Of a stretch of DNA of 64,000 nt, positions 19,622 to 30,297 are shown piece after piece. The notes below the pieces were generated by a model that was not told the origin of the DNA, ran no database searches, and saw nothing but the letters and a program-made list of their open reading frames with translations. Numbering within the stretch: position 1 is the first letter of the stretch; each line of letters begins with the position of its first letter. The position numbers and the translations under genes are program-made. The DNA is from an uncultured Chloroflexia bacterium (lineage in GTDB: Bacteria; Chloroflexota; Limnocylindria; Limnocylindrales; CSP1-4): contig CAWEWE010000002.1 of assembly GCA_963812745.1 (NCBI GenBank), positions 180,178-244,177 of the forward strand, given 5' to 3'.

Positions 19622-21058
19622 TCAGGAGCCCGGCGCGACCAGCACGCCGCTGACCGGCTCCGTGGCGGTTCGCTCGTGCAGCCGACTGCCGATCGCGACA
19701 CCGAGCAGCGCGACCGCCACGGCGACCGCGAACCCGAGGGCGAGCCCGATGGCTGGGTCGCCGGCGCCACGCACCGATGCCGCCACCAGCGCCCCGGTGA
19801 CGCCGGTGCCGAGCGCCGTCCCGAGCGAATCGGTGAGGGAGATGGCGGCCGACGCGCGACCCTGTTCGGCGGTCGGCGCCTCGCGCAGGACGATCAGCGC
19901 GAGCGGCGAATAGGCGAGACCCATCGCGTAGCCGGCCAGGGCGAGGGTCGGGATGGCGACCAGCGGCGAGACTTCCGGCAACAGGACGACCGCGAACGTC
20001 GCGAGACCGGCGACGAGCACCACCAACCCGACCCGGACGAAGCGCTCCGGCTTGAAGCGCGACGAATAGCGGGCCTGCGTCCACGACCCGGCGGTCCAGC
20101 TGATCGTGGCGGCGGTGAGGGCGATCCCGGCTTCGATGGGGCGCAGGCCGCGCCACTCGACCAGCGCCAGCGCCACGTAGGCATCGACCGCGAAGAACGC
20201 GAACGTGATGATCCCGCGCATGAGCACCGCGGTCGGTAGGCCCCGTGCCGCTCGGAGCGTGCCCACCGGCGTCAGGCGACGCAGGGCGAAGATGGCCAGG
20301 GCGCTGCCGAGCACGCCGAGCACCACCAGCAGGACGGGCTCGCCGCTCGTCAGACCGGCGAGCAGCAGACCGGTACCCGCGGCGACGACGACGGCCAGCG
20401 GCCCGCGTTCACGCAGGGTGGCGGCATTCGCCGCATCGGACGGGTCGGGTCCGATGCGGCGCACCGCCGGGAAGGCGATGGCCGACGAGAAGACGATCAG
20501 CGGCAGCAGGCCGAGGAACACCCAGCGCCAGCCGACCGCCTCGCCGACGATGCCGGCCAGCGCCGGTCCGAGGACGCCCGGCAGGACCCACGCCGTCGAC
20601 AGCGTCGCGAACATCTGGGGGCGCAGGTGCTCCGGCAGGCTGCGGCCGATGGCGACATACGCGATCGGCGGCACCGTGCCGGCACCGAGACCCTGGACGA
20701 ACCTGGCAGCGACGAGGATCTCCATCGACGGGGCGAGGCCACCGACGATCAGGCCGATGGCGAACAACCCGATGCCTGCCGCGAACGGCCCACCGAGTCC
20801 GCGCCGGTCGATCAGCCCGCCGACGAGCACGATGCCGATCAGCGAGCCGAGCATGAACGCGGTGAATACCCAGCCGTAGAGCTGGATGCCGTGGAGCTCG
20901 TCGGCGACGATCGGCATGATCGTGGACACCGCGAGCGCCTCGAACGCGACCAAGGTGATCGTCAGGACCAGCCCGATGGTCAGGCTGCGCCGGCCGGGCG
21001 ACCACAGGCCGCCGCTCCGGCGGTGTGCCGCGGTCCGTGCGTCTTGGCTCACTGTCAT
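19622..21058 (-). CDS. MFS transporter (drug:H+ antiporter-like)
   Basis: Many TM helices; G.LIDRRG motif A and ARFVQGLGAG. Confidence 0.88.
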   Translation of the reverse strand: MTVSQDARTAAHRRSGGLWSPGRRSLTIGLVLTITLVAFEALAVSTIMPIVADELHGIQLYGWVFTAFMLGSLIGIVLVGGLIDRRGLGGPFAAGIGLFAIGLIVGGLAPSMEILVAARFVQGLGAGTVPPIAYVAIGRSLPEHLRPQMFATLSTAWVLPGVLGPALAGIVGEAVGWRWVFLGLLPLIVFSSAIAFPAVRRIGPDPSDAANAATLRERGPLAVVVAAGTGLLLAGLTSGEPVLLVVLGVLGSALAIFALRRLTPVGTLRAARGLPTAVLMRGIITFAFFAVDAYVALALVEWRGLRPIEAGIALTAATISWTAGSWTQARYSSRFKPERFVRVGLVVLVAGLATFAVVLLPEVSPLVAIPTLALAGYAMGLAYSPLALIVLREAPTAEQGRASAAISLTDSLGTALGTGVTGALVAASVRGAGDPAIGLALGFAVAVAVALLGVAIGSRLHERTATEPVSGVLVAPGS

Positions 21059-21138
21059 GGTCCAAGTGTGCCGGGGTTCGCCACGGCGCGCCTCGGCGGT
21101 CCGTCCGACGGATCTACGTCAAGTGTCGCGGGACGCGA

Positions 21139-24100
21139 TCACGCCACGGACGCCTTCGCACCGAGTCGCGCCACCACGGCCTGCGTGAGCTGCCACGCTC
21201 GGCCCGGGCCCGCCGGGACCCGGATCCGGACCTGGTTCGAGGCGAATGTCACGTCGGTGGGACGGACGCCCGGCAATCCCCCATCGCCGAGCAGCCGCAT
21301 CGCCGCGTCGCGGGTCAGCCCCGCCCCGAAGCGCACGACCAGCCGACCCTCTTCGCGCGAGATCGACGAGATGCCGGCTGCCTCGGCCGCTAGACGCAGC
21401 TCGGCGACCTCGACCAGCCGGGTCACCGACGCCGGCAGCGGCCCGAAGCGATCGGTGACCTCCTGCCGGAACGCCGCGAGGTCGCCGGCCGATCGGGCCC
21501 GCGCCAGTCGCCGGTACAGCTCCAGCTTCTGTGCCACGTCCGGCACGTAGTCGTCGGGCAGGTGCGCATCGACCGGCAGGTCGACCACCGCCTGCGGCGC
21601 CTCGACGATCGGCGCGCGCCCTTCGCGCGACGCCTTCTGCGCTTCGACCGCCTCGGCCAGCATCCGCGAGTACAGGTCGAACCCAACCGCCGCCATGTGC
21701 CCCGACTGCTCCCCGCCGAGGATGTTGCCGGCACCGCGGATCTCGAGGTCCGAGAGCGCGATCTGGAAGCCAGCTCCGAGCTCCGAGGCGTTGAAGATCG
21801 CCTGGAGGCGCTTGCGCGCCTCGTCCGAGAGCCGCTCGCGCCGTCGATACAACAAGTACGCGTACGCCCTGCGCGACGATCGACCGACCCGTCCGCGAAG
21901 CTGGTAGAGCTGCGCCAGCCCGAGCGTGTCCGCGCGATCGATGATGATCGTGTTGGCATTCGGGATGTCGAGCCCGGATTCGATGATCGTGGTCGACACG
22001 AGGACGTCGGCCTCGCCGGCGGCGAACGCGATCATGACCTTCTCGAGGGCACCCTCCGGCATCTGGCCGTGCCCGACGACGAACCGCGCGTCGGGCAGCA
22101 ACCGCCGGAGCTGCTCGGCCTGCGCCTCGATCGTCTCGACCCGGTTGTGGACGTAGAACACCTGCCCGCCGCGGTCGAGCTCGCGCAGGATCGCGTCGCG
22201 AACGAGCCCCGCCGACGCCTCGGCGACGCGCGTCTGGATCGGCAATCGGTCTTCGGGCGGCGTCTCGATCACCGACAGGTCGCGGATGCCGGCCATCGCC
22301 AGGTTCAACGTCCGCGGGATCGGCGTCGCCGACAGCGTCAGCACGTCGACTTCGCGGCGCAGCTGCTTCAACTTCTCCTTGGCGGCGACCCCGAACCGTT
22401 GCTCCTCGTCGACCACGACGAGGCCGAGGTCCTTGAACCGGACGTCCTTCGACAGCAGTCGATGGGTGCCGATCACGATATCGACCGACCCGTCGGCCAG
22501 CCCTTCGATCGTCGCCGCCTGTTCCTTCGCCGAGACGAACCGCGACAGGATGCGGACCTCGATCGGGAATGCGGCGAAGCGCTGGCCGAACGTCGCGAAG
22601 TGCTGCGCGGCGAGCACCGTCGTCGGCACGAGCACCGCGACCTGCTTGCCGTCCTGGGTGGCCTTGAACGCCGCACGCAGCGCGACCTCGGTCTTGCCGT
22701 ACCCGACGTCCCCGACCACCAACCGGTCCATCGGCACGGGACGCTCCATGTCGGCCTTGGCCTCGGCCGTGGCACGCAGCTGGTCGATGGTCTCCTCGTA
22801 CGGGAACGACGCCTCCATCTCGGACTGCCATGGGGTGTCGGGTGCGAAGCCGTGCCCGTCCGCGTTGGAACGAGCGGCGTACAGCGCGAGCAGCTCGTCG
22901 GCGAGCTCCGCGACCGCCTTGCGGACGCGCTGCTTGGCGCGCAGCCACTCGGTGCCGCCGAGCTTGCTGAGCGCCGGTCGCTCGCCACCGGCGTAGCGCG
23001 TGACGCGCCCGATCTGTTCGACCGGTACGAAGATCCGGTCGCCACCCGCGAACGACAGCTCGAGATAGTCGCGTTCCTCACCGGAGCCGCCGCGCCGCAG
23101 CATCTGCTCATAGCGGGCGACGCCATGGTCGATGTGGACGACCAGGTCGCCCGGTGTGAGGCGCTCGAGGATGTCGCGCGGGACGACGCGCCGCAGCGCC
23201 TTCGGCCGGCGGACGCGGACCGTCCCGAAGAGCTCGCGGTCGGTGACGAAGGTCACGCCATCGGGGCCGCCGCTGAACCCGCCGTTCAGGCTTCGACCCA
23301 CGAGCACGATCGCGCCGGGCGGCGGCGCCGCCTCCAGCCGATCGACGACGGCGACGCTGTGGCCCGCCTCATCGAGCACCTCGGCCAGCCGTGGCGCCTG
23401 ATCCGACGCGAGCACGATCCGGGCGCCATCCTCGCGCCAGGCCTCGACGGCATCGGCCAGGCGACCAGCACGACCGAACGGCAGCGTGGGCTCGCGCCAG
23501 CCGAACAGGTCGCCGGAGCTGCGGGCGCGCGACGCCATCGCGACGTCCGGGGCTGGCTCGGACTCCCACGTCAGCTCGAGCGTCCGCGCGGCGGCCAGCC
23601 GGCCCTTCCAGTCGCGCGGCGGCAGGTAGGTCGACGGCCAGTCCTTGGGCAGTTCGCCGGCATCGACGAGCTCGGCCCGCCGTTCGTCGGCTTGCCGCCA
23701 CAGGAAGGCCGCCGCTTCGGCGATGTCGCCGGGCTCATCGAGCATCAGCACCGTGCCCGGATCGATGTGGTCGAGGCCGGTCGCCGGGGCGAGCTGGGCG
23801 GCCCAGACCTCGGCCGCATCGCCGACGTGGAGCGCCCGGGACGCCTCGGGGGCACGAGCGTCGGCCCGCAGCGGGTCGCCGGTCGTGCCTTCGAACCGGG
23901 CAAGGTCGCCGGCGAGGCGCTCCGGCAGACGGGACGCGGCGCGTCCGAGGCGCTCGCGGATCGCGGCCACGCCCGTGGTCGGGAGCAGGAATTCCGACGC
24001 GGGCAGGAGGACGGCCCGATCGACCTTGCCGGTCGTCCGCTGGTCAGTCGGATCGAACGCCCGCAGCGAGTCGATCTCATCACCGAAGAACTCGATCCGG

Positions 24101-24933
24101 ATCGGCAGCTCCATCGACGGCGGGAACACGTCGACGATGCCGCCGCGACGGGCGAACTCGCCACGACCGGCGACCTCGGTGACCGGGCTATACCCGAGAT
24201 CGAGCAACTCGCGCAGCAGCGTGTCCTGGTGCAACCGCGCCCCGACCGCCAGCTCGCGCGCCTTGTCCGGCAGGTCCTCGGGGGCGATCGTGTGCTGGAG
24301 GAGCGCCTGGACGCTCGCGACCAGGACCCGCACCCGGCCGTGCCGCCACGCCGCCAACGCCGCGACGCGCGCGGCGGTCTCGTCGGCCACGAGCTCGCTG
24401 CGTTCGTAAGCGAGCGCAGTCCGCGGCTCCAGGATCGCGACGGCCGACGGCTCGCCAAGCCACGCCTGTAGCTCCTCCGCGACCCGGTCGCCGATCTCAG
24501 CGTCGCGGGCGATCCAGACGATCCGCTCCTCGAGCGCGAGTGCCGCTGCGAGGTACGACTTCGCGCCGTGCGGGACGGCGACGACACCGGCGTGCCGTCC
24601 GACCCGACCGATATCGGCCGGCGATCCCAGCCGCTCCCGGAGCGTGCCGAACGAGCCGGTGGCTGCCAGCAACGGCGGCAGCGCGGACAGGTCCGGCAGT
24701 CGATGCCCCGATCGCGGGCGGTCGTCCCGGGGCCGGGCTGGACGCGGCTGGGGGCGGGCCTCCGCCCGTCGTGCGTCCTCGACCTCGGCGTCGACCGCGG
24801 CGACATCGAAATCGACCGACTCGTCGTCGCGCGAGGGCGCGTGGCGCGTCGCGAATTCGGCCGCCACACGCTCGGCGATCCGCCGGTCGCGGCCGCGCCT
24901 GCCCCGGAGCGGGGGCCGAGTCGATTCAGGCAT
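21139..24933 (-). CDS. mfd: Transcription-repair coupling factor
   Basis: UvrB-like region, CarD/RID (GDLVVHIDHGV), GDVGYGKTE, DEEQRFG, QLRGRVGR, TRCF C-terminus. Confidence 0.97.
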   Translation of the reverse strand: MPESTRPPLRGRRGRDRRIAERVAAEFATRHAPSRDDESVDFDVAAVDAEVEDARRAEARPQPRPARPRDDRPRSGHRLPDLSALPPLLAATGSFGTLRERLGSPADIGRVGRHAGVVAVPHGAKSYLAAALALEERIVWIARDAEIGDRVAEELQAWLGEPSAVAILEPRTALAYERSELVADETAARVAALAAWRHGRVRVLVASVQALLQHTIAPEDLPDKARELAVGARLHQDTLLRELLDLGYSPVTEVAGRGEFARRGGIVDVFPPSMELPIRIEFFGDEIDSLRAFDPTDQRTTGKVDRAVLLPASEFLLPTTGVAAIRERLGRAASRLPERLAGDLARFEGTTGDPLRADARAPEASRALHVGDAAEVWAAQLAPATGLDHIDPGTVLMLDEPGDIAEAAAFLWRQADERRAELVDAGELPKDWPSTYLPPRDWKGRLAAARTLELTWESEPAPDVAMASRARSSGDLFGWREPTLPFGRAGRLADAVEAWREDGARIVLASDQAPRLAEVLDEAGHSVAVVDRLEAAPPPGAIVLVGRSLNGGFSGGPDGVTFVTDRELFGTVRVRRPKALRRVVPRDILERLTPGDLVVHIDHGVARYEQMLRRGGSGEERDYLELSFAGGDRIFVPVEQIGRVTRYAGGERPALSKLGGTEWLRAKQRVRKAVAELADELLALYAARSNADGHGFAPDTPWQSEMEASFPYEETIDQLRATAEAKADMERPVPMDRLVVGDVGYGKTEVALRAAFKATQDGKQVAVLVPTTVLAAQHFATFGQRFAAFPIEVRILSRFVSAKEQAATIEGLADGSVDIVIGTHRLLSKDVRFKDLGLVVVDEEQRFGVAAKEKLKQLRREVDVLTLSATPIPRTLNLAMAGIRDLSVIETPPEDRLPIQTRVAEASAGLVRDAILRELDRGGQVFYVHNRVETIEAQAEQLRRLLPDARFVVGHGQMPEGALEKVMIAFAAGEADVLVSTTIIESGLDIPNANTIIIDRADTLGLAQLYQLRGRVGRSSRRAYAYLLYRRRERLSDEARKRLQAIFNASELGAGFQIALSDLEIRGAGNILGGEQSGHMAAVGFDLYSRMLAEAVEAQKASREGRAPIVEAPQAVVDLPVDAHLPDDYVPDVAQKLELYRRLARARSAGDLAAFRQEVTDRFGPLPASVTRLVEVAELRLAAEAAGISSISREEGRLVVRFGAGLTRDAAMRLLGDGGLPGVRPTDVTFASNQVRIRVPAGPGRAWQLTQAVVARLGAKASVA

Positions 24934-25633
24934 CCGACTTCCGATCGAGGCGCGGCAGCACGCGGCGCCAACCCGTCTTGGTCCGCCGGATGCCCGCTTC
25001 GTCGGGCGGGCCGTCGACCTCGCCGGGTGGCGCGAGACGGGTCACGTCGGCCTCGCGGAGCTGGAACGTGTTGAACCGGTTGGCTGCCTTGCTGGTGCCG
25101 TCGCGGGCCCATGCCTCGACTGCGTCCGCCGCCGCGTCGAGCAGCTCGTCGAGCCGCTGCGTCTCATCGGGCTCGAACCGGGACAGGACGTGATCGCGCG
25201 CATTCCGCACCGGGTCGCCGATGCCCACCCGGAGCCGGCTGAACTTCTCGGTCCCGAGCTCGTCGACGATCGACCGGAGCCCGTTGTGACCGCCGTGGCT
25301 GCCCGACTCGCGGAACCGCAGCTTGCCGAAGGGCAGCGCGAAATCGTCGGCCACGATCAGGACGTCTGCCAGCGGCGCGTGCTCCCGGGCGAGCACCTTG
25401 CGGACCGCCAGCCCGGAGTCGTTCATCCAGGTGAGCGGCTTGACGAGGGTCAGGTCGAGGCCGTTGTAACGCCCCATCGCCACGTTCGAGGCATCGCGTT
25501 GCCGGCCACGCCCCGACCAGCCGGCGCGCTCCGCGATGCGGTCGAGTACCAGCCAGCCGACGTTGTGCCTCGTGCCGGCGTACTGCCCACCCGGATTGCC
25601 GAGACCGACGACGACCTTCAATGACTCCTCCAT
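24926..25633 (-). CDS. pth: Peptidyl-tRNA hydrolase
   Basis: VGLGNPG..Y..TRHNVG, KP.T.MN.SG, GGHNGL, RLRVGIG. Confidence 0.95.
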   Translation of the reverse strand: MEESLKVVVGLGNPGGQYAGTRHNVGWLVLDRIAERAGWSGRGRQRDASNVAMGRYNGLDLTLVKPLTWMNDSGLAVRKVLAREHAPLADVLIVADDFALPFGKLRFRESGSHGGHNGLRSIVDELGTEKFSRLRVGIGDPVRNARDHVLSRFEPDETQRLDELLDAAADAVEAWARDGTSKAANRFNTFQLREADVTRLAPPGEVDGPPDEAGIRRTKTGWRRVLPRLDRKSDA

Positions 25634-25793
25634 GAGACGACGGACAGCACGAGGCGGCCCGAATCCCGGTCCGAGGGTGGCAGGCTGCAATGGCTGCCCG
25701 GTCTCGGCGGGAGGGCCGAGTGCCGATGGTACCCGGCTGGCTGGACCTCCGCCGGGACTGCGCGGCGAACGGCCCGCGGCGCGACCACCCAGG

Positions 25794-25881
25794 TCGATCC
25801 TTCGAAATCGAAGGATCGAGACGAGGGTGTCCGAGCGCGGGTCCGCGTGTCATCGCCCCTGGCGACCTTCGAAATCGAAGG
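25794..25881. repeat. Two copies of palindrome CCTTCGA-AA-TCGAAGG
   Basis: Copy 1 (25794-25819) has 12-bp perfect arms; copy 2 (25866-25881) has 7-bp arms. Confidence 0.85.
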
Positions 25882-25912
25882 AACCGTTCGGCCATGAGCC
25901 GGCAAGCCGTGG

Positions 25913-26419
25913 TTGAGCGTGACCTCGTACCGTGGGTTGCACCGCCGCGTAGCGCGAGGCCACGTCATGCTCACCTTCCTTGCCAGACTTGTGCGAGCCA
26001 GCAACCTCCTCAGCCATCATCTCGACGATCGGACCACGGAGCTCGGGATCGGCACCCAGGAATACCTGGTGCTTCGATCCGCCATCCTCAACCCTGACGC
26101 GTCGACCGCGATGATCAGACGGTCCCTGGGACTACGCGACGCCGCGTTCTCCGACGTCGTTCGGCGTTCCGTGCATCGCGGTTACGCGCGGGAGGTGTCG
26201 TTTCCGCACGACCGGAGAACCCGGCGCATCGAGCTCACCCTTCCTGGCGGGCTGGCTGTGCGGATCGCCGGATCGATCCACCTCGACCTCGAGGCGGTCG
26301 TGGGAACCGGACCGTGGCGCGCCGATGCGCTTGATCGCCTGGAGCTGATCGGCCGGCGGCTAGCGACGATCCCGGTGGCCGAGCGATACAGAGATGGCCT
26401 ACCTGTCGACACCGCCTGA
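25913..26419 (+). CDS. MarR-like winged-helix protein
   Basis: LGIGTQEYLVL..RGYA....PHDRRTRRIELT..G wing motif; start uncertain. Confidence 0.65.
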   Translation: MSVTSYRGLHRRVARGHVMLTFLARLVRASNLLSHHLDDRTTELGIGTQEYLVLRSAILNPDASTAMIRRSLGLRDAAFSDVVRRSVHRGYAREVSFPHDRRTRRIELTLPGGLAVRIAGSIHLDLEAVVGTGPWRADALDRLELIGRRLATIPVAERYRDGLPVDTA

Positions 26420-26938
26420 TGGGTGCCCGAGCAACCGCCGCTCCATGGCTCGCATGGCGGTCTCCTCGGCGGGGGTGGCATGGTCCCAGCCGCAGATGTG
26501 CAGCACGCCGTGTGTGACGAGCAAGCGGAGCTCGTCGGCGGGGCTCCAGCGGACGTCGCCGGTCTGGCCGCCGCGGCCGCTCGCCGCTTGCTCGGTCGCC
26601 CGCTCGACCGACACCACGATGTCGCCAAGATGGATCCGGGTGCCGGGCGGGCGCGGGACGGCCGGATCCGGAGCACCGCGCCGGAACGCCGAGGGTGGCA
26701 GCAGTGGGAAGGACAGGACGTCGGTCGGGCCGGTGACGCCCATGTGCGTCAGGTTCAGCTGCGCCAGCTCGACATCGTCGGACAGGATCAGCCCGATCGA
26801 CGCCGGCGCGGGAGCGCCGACCGCGTCGAGCGCGGCGGCGGTCGTTCGAGCGAGCGCCGTGCCGGCCACTGGCGGCCGTACGCCGTCGCGGACATCGAGG
26901 TCGATCCGCCACGGCGGGCGGTAGATCGACCGGGTCAT
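26399..26938 (-). CDS. ybeY: rRNA maturation endoribonuclease YbeY
   Basis: PTDVLSFP, LGDIVVS, HGVLHICGWDH. Confidence 0.93.
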   Translation of the reverse strand: MTRSIYRPPWRIDLDVRDGVRPPVAGTALARTTAAALDAVGAPAPASIGLILSDDVELAQLNLTHMGVTGPTDVLSFPLLPPSAFRRGAPDPAVPRPPGTRIHLGDIVVSVERATEQAASGRGGQTGDVRWSPADELRLLVTHGVLHICGWDHATPAEETAMRAMERRLLGHPSGGVDR

Positions 26939-29103
26939 GAGGCGGGTCGGTCGCCTCCACCGCCGGCCGCCGCGCGGCGCGACTCCAACTCGACCACGGT
27001 GTTCTGCGGGTAGGCGATCCGCGTGTGGTACATCCCGAGCAGCTGCTCGACGAATGCCCCCTTGATCTTCTCGAGGTCGCGCAGCGTGATCTCGCACTCG
27101 TCGAACTGGCCGTCGGCGATGCGCTCGTCGATGATGCGGCCGACCATCGCCCTGATCGCCGGCTCCTCGCGCGAGGCGAGCGAGCGGACCGACGCCTCCA
27201 CGCTGTCGGCCAGCATGATCAGGGCCGCCTCGCGGCTCTGCGGCTTCGGGCCGGCGTGCCGGAACTTCCGCTCATCGACCGCCGCCGCCGCCGCGGCGCC
27301 GTCGGCCGTGGCGAGGCCGCCATACGGTTCAGCCGCTCGCTCCCTGGCGCGCGCAAGGAAGTAGCTCATGACCGCCGTACCGTGATGCTGCGGGATGTAC
27401 GCGATGAGGGCCTTCGGCAACCGCGCCCCGTAGGCGGCGTCGATGCCATCGGCGACATGCTGCTTGAGGATCTGGGCGCTGACCTCGGGCTCGAGCTGGT
27501 CGTGGATGTTCTCCGCGCCGGCCTGGTTCTCGATGAACCCGAGTGGGTTGGCGAGCTTGCCGACGTCGTGGTAGTAGGCCGCGACACGCGTGACGAGCGG
27601 GTCGGCACCGATCGCTTCGGCCGCCCGTTCCGCGAGGTTGCCGACCATCAGCGAGTGGTGATACGTCCCGGGGGTCTCGACGAGGAGCCGACGTAGCAGC
27701 GGTTGGGACGGGTTCGCCAGCTCCAGGAGCTGGAACACGGTCAGGATCCCGAACGCCGAGCCCAGGACCGCGAACGTGCCGACCGCCGCGACCGAGGAGC
27801 CGGCCGCGGACACGAACGATGCGAACCACAGCTCGAGGACGCCGCGGATGTCCGTCGTGCCGAGCAACGAGAAGACCGACACGACCAGGGCATTGACGAT
27901 GAACACCGCGATCGCGGCCTGGACGAACACCTGCAGCCGATCGCCTTTGCGGACCGCGACGACACCCGCCAGCCCGCCCAGGAAGATGTAGCTCGCGAAC
28001 TCGAGCGACGTGCCCGCCAGTGCCCCGCCCATGATCGCGACGATGGCCATCACGATGGTGGCGATCGAAGCGTCGAGCAGGATCGCGAGCAGCATGCCGA
28101 TCGCGGCGGTCGGCAGGAAGTAGCCGAGCAGCTCCCGACCTGCCGTCACCTTCAGGGCCAACGCCGTGCCGACGAGCAGCAGGCCGACCAGCAACAGGAC
28201 GTTGTCGCGGTGCCAGAGGGCGGGCCGGAACCGCCAGATCCAGGCCAGCAGCATCGCCACCGTCAGGACCGCCAGGAGGAACCAGCCGGCGAACGTGGCG
28301 AGGTCGAGCGGCGCGTCCTCGCCGAGGCCGAGCTCCTCGATGACCTCGAGGTCGGCGGCCGTGAGCGGCTCCCCGTTCCGTACGACGATCTGTCCCTGCG
28401 CGATCTCGACGCGGACGGGTGCCACGTCCTCGGCGGCGCGGTCGCGCTCCTGGTCCCAGAGGGTCTGCGAGAACGACGAGTTCGGGACGATGAGCGGCCG
28501 GATGATCTCGGCAGCCAGCATCCGCTCCGCCTCGTCGAGGTCGCCGCCCATGCGCCCCGCGATGGTCGCCCGGGTGTCGGCCACCCCGGTATCGCGCAGC
28601 TCGGTCCGGAGGGTGGCATCGAGGACCCGGGCGGCCTCAGTCCGGACGGCGGCCCAACGTGGGGTATCGATGGCGACAAGCGCGGCCTGCGCCGTGTCGC
28701 TCAGGCTAGGGATCGCCGTCTCGAGCAGCGCCGTCCGCTCCTCCGGCGTCAGATCGGTGGCGAAGGCGGTATCGACCCGGCCGACCCGCTGCTGGAACGC
28801 GGCGGCCTGCTCGTTGGCGATCGCGATGGCGCTGTCGGCCGTGTAGTCGAACTGGGGCGGCACCGCGGCGCGGGCGGCGCTACGGGCCTCGTCCGTCAGC
28901 GTCGTGCTGTCGAACGAGACGGCCCGAGGCGCGGTGATGTCCTCGCGGATGACCTCGCCGATCTCGTACCGGACCGGGTCGACCGGGAGATCGAATGCGA
29001 GGATGGCCGTCAGCGCCACGACCAGGCTCGTCGCGGCGACCGCCAGACGCATGGCGTCGCTGCGGGTGAAGCGGGCCAGGACCGGCGCGCGCTGGGTCAG
29101 CAT
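26935..29103 (-). CDS. 7TM-HD phosphodiesterase (PgpH-like, probable c-di-AMP PDE)
   Basis: Extracellular domain, 7 TM, PGTYHHS, YYHDVGK, QHHGT, LADSVEA; adjacent to ybeY. Confidence 0.85.
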   Translation of the reverse strand: MLTQRAPVLARFTRSDAMRLAVAATSLVVALTAILAFDLPVDPVRYEIGEVIREDITAPRAVSFDSTTLTDEARSAARAAVPPQFDYTADSAIAIANEQAAAFQQRVGRVDTAFATDLTPEERTALLETAIPSLSDTAQAALVAIDTPRWAAVRTEAARVLDATLRTELRDTGVADTRATIAGRMGGDLDEAERMLAAEIIRPLIVPNSSFSQTLWDQERDRAAEDVAPVRVEIAQGQIVVRNGEPLTAADLEVIEELGLGEDAPLDLATFAGWFLLAVLTVAMLLAWIWRFRPALWHRDNVLLLVGLLLVGTALALKVTAGRELLGYFLPTAAIGMLLAILLDASIATIVMAIVAIMGGALAGTSLEFASYIFLGGLAGVVAVRKGDRLQVFVQAAIAVFIVNALVVSVFSLLGTTDIRGVLELWFASFVSAAGSSVAAVGTFAVLGSAFGILTVFQLLELANPSQPLLRRLLVETPGTYHHSLMVGNLAERAAEAIGADPLVTRVAAYYHDVGKLANPLGFIENQAGAENIHDQLEPEVSAQILKQHVADGIDAAYGARLPKALIAYIPQHHGTAVMSYFLARARERAAEPYGGLATADGAAAAAAVDERKFRHAGPKPQSREAALIMLADSVEASVRSLASREEPAIRAMVGRIIDERIADGQFDECEITLRDLEKIKGAFVEQLLGMYHTRIAYPQNTVVELESRRAAAGGGGDRPAS

Positions 29104-29582
29104 CAGTGCGTGCCACCGTCATGGGTGGCGAGGTCGGCGCGCGCGAGGGCGCTCGCGACGAGCCCGCTGACGACCTTCCCGTCGGCCCGGCCTCGCGTCC
29201 GTGGCGCGAGCCAGCCCATCACCTTGCCCAGGTCACGGGCGTTGGAGGCACCGGTCGCGGTGATGGCCTCGTCGACCAGCGCGCCGATCTCCGCTTCGGT
29301 GAGCGCCTGCGGCAGGTACTCGCTGAGGATGGCGATCTCCGCCTGCTCCTTGGCCGCGAGGTCGTCCCGGCCGCCCTTCTCGTACGCCTCGACCGATTCG
29401 CGGCGCGTCTTGACCTCCCTGGTCAGGACCGCCAGGAACTCGTCCTCGGTGAGGGGCTTCTGGTTGCGCTTCTCGACGTTGTACGCGGCGTTGGCGGCCA
29501 TGCGCAGGACGTCGCGTCGCAGCGCGTCACCGCCGCGCATCGCGGTGGTGATGTCAGATTGGACTCGATCTCGAAGGGACAC
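29103..29582 (-). CDS. yqeY: GatB/YqeY domain protein
   Basis: K.R.ES...Y..GGRDDLA.KE..E..IL..YLP, GKVMG, GRADG. Confidence 0.92.
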   Translation of the reverse strand: MSLRDRVQSDITTAMRGGDALRRDVLRMAANAAYNVEKRNQKPLTEDEFLAVLTREVKTRRESVEAYEKGGRDDLAAKEQAEIAILSEYLPQALTEAEIGALVDEAITATGASNARDLGKVMGWLAPRTRGRADGKVVSGLVASALARADLATHDGGTH

Positions 29583-29656
29583 CGATCTTGGCTACCTCGG
29601 GCGGTCGTCGCACTCGCCCGTGGGGCCGCAGGGTCGCGGCGGCGGGTCGATCCCGC

Positions 29657-29842
29657 TCAGCCGGCCTGCGTTCGGGCGTTCTTCTTGCGCTTTGCTTCCT
29701 TGCGCTTGCGCTTCACGGAGGGCTTCTCGTAGTGCTCGCGACGGCGAGCCTCGGCGAGGATGCCGCTCTGCTGGATCTTCTTGTTGAAGCGGCGCAGGGC
29801 GCTCTCGAACGTCTCGTTCTCCCCCACTCGGACTTCAGCCAA
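29657..29842 (-). CDS. rpsU: 30S ribosomal protein S21
   Basis: TTG start after [12 protein letters not shown]; [23 protein letters not shown]. Confidence 0.95.
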   Translation of the reverse strand: MAEVRVGENETFESALRRFNKKIQQSGILAEARRREHYEKPSVKRKRKEAKRKKNARTQAG

Positions 29843-29945
29843 TCGGTGTTCACCTCCTCCGACCTGGGTCTCGTGTTCTGCATCCGGTGCGCGGCCGACC
29901 GACCGGGATGCCCGCTCGACGGCCACGGGCGGCCAAAGCCGCCGG

Positions 29946-29974
29946 AGTCTACCCGAGGGCCCAAAGGCGGTCAA
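29946..29974 (-). promoter_or_regulatory. Sigma70-type promoter for rpsU
   Basis: TTGACC-N17-TAGACT on the minus strand. Confidence 0.6.
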
Positions 29975-30297
29975 ACGGCCGGAAGGCGCCCGCCGAGCAC
30001 CACCAGCCAGTACAGATCGAGCACCGCGACGACCGCCCAGAACCCGATGATCAGGGTCGGTCGGCGCAGGAAGCACTTGCTCCACGACACGCCGAGCGTG
30101 ATCGACTTGGCATACAGCACGATCGCGACGACGGCCACGACCAGTACGAACACCGCCGGCGAGACGAGCCAGGCGATCAGCCCGACCGTCCCCATCCGGC
30201 AGAACGTGAAGGCCAGTCGCTCGTACTTCTCGGGCGGGCTCAGGGGCGGCCGGACGTACGTGGCGGGCCCGACGGCCCCGGCGGGCGCGGCGCTCAC
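29971..30297 (-). CDS. Small membrane protein with two Cys
   Basis: 2-3 hydrophobic segments; GTGA overlap with the radical SAM stop. Confidence 0.7.
   Translation of the reverse strand: MSAAPAGAVGPATYVRPPLSPPEKYERLAFTFCRMGTVGLIAWLVSPAVFVLVVAVVAIVLYAKSITLGVSWSKCFLRRPTLIIGFWAVVAVLDLYWLVVLGGRLPAV

Noticed and set aside
8540-24471. Very long antisense or alternative-frame ORFs (e.g. 8540..11680, 13696..16848, 21562..24471)
   Set aside because: They shadow well-supported genes; stop codons are scarce in high-GC DNA and the translations show no motifs.
24700-25050. Mfd N-terminal and Pth C-terminal extensions
   Set aside because: Low-complexity extensions without recognisable motifs; no function can be supported.
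25794-25881. tRNA T-loop-like TTCGAA or IS terminal repeats
   Set aside because: No cloverleaf, transposase or target-site duplication is evident.
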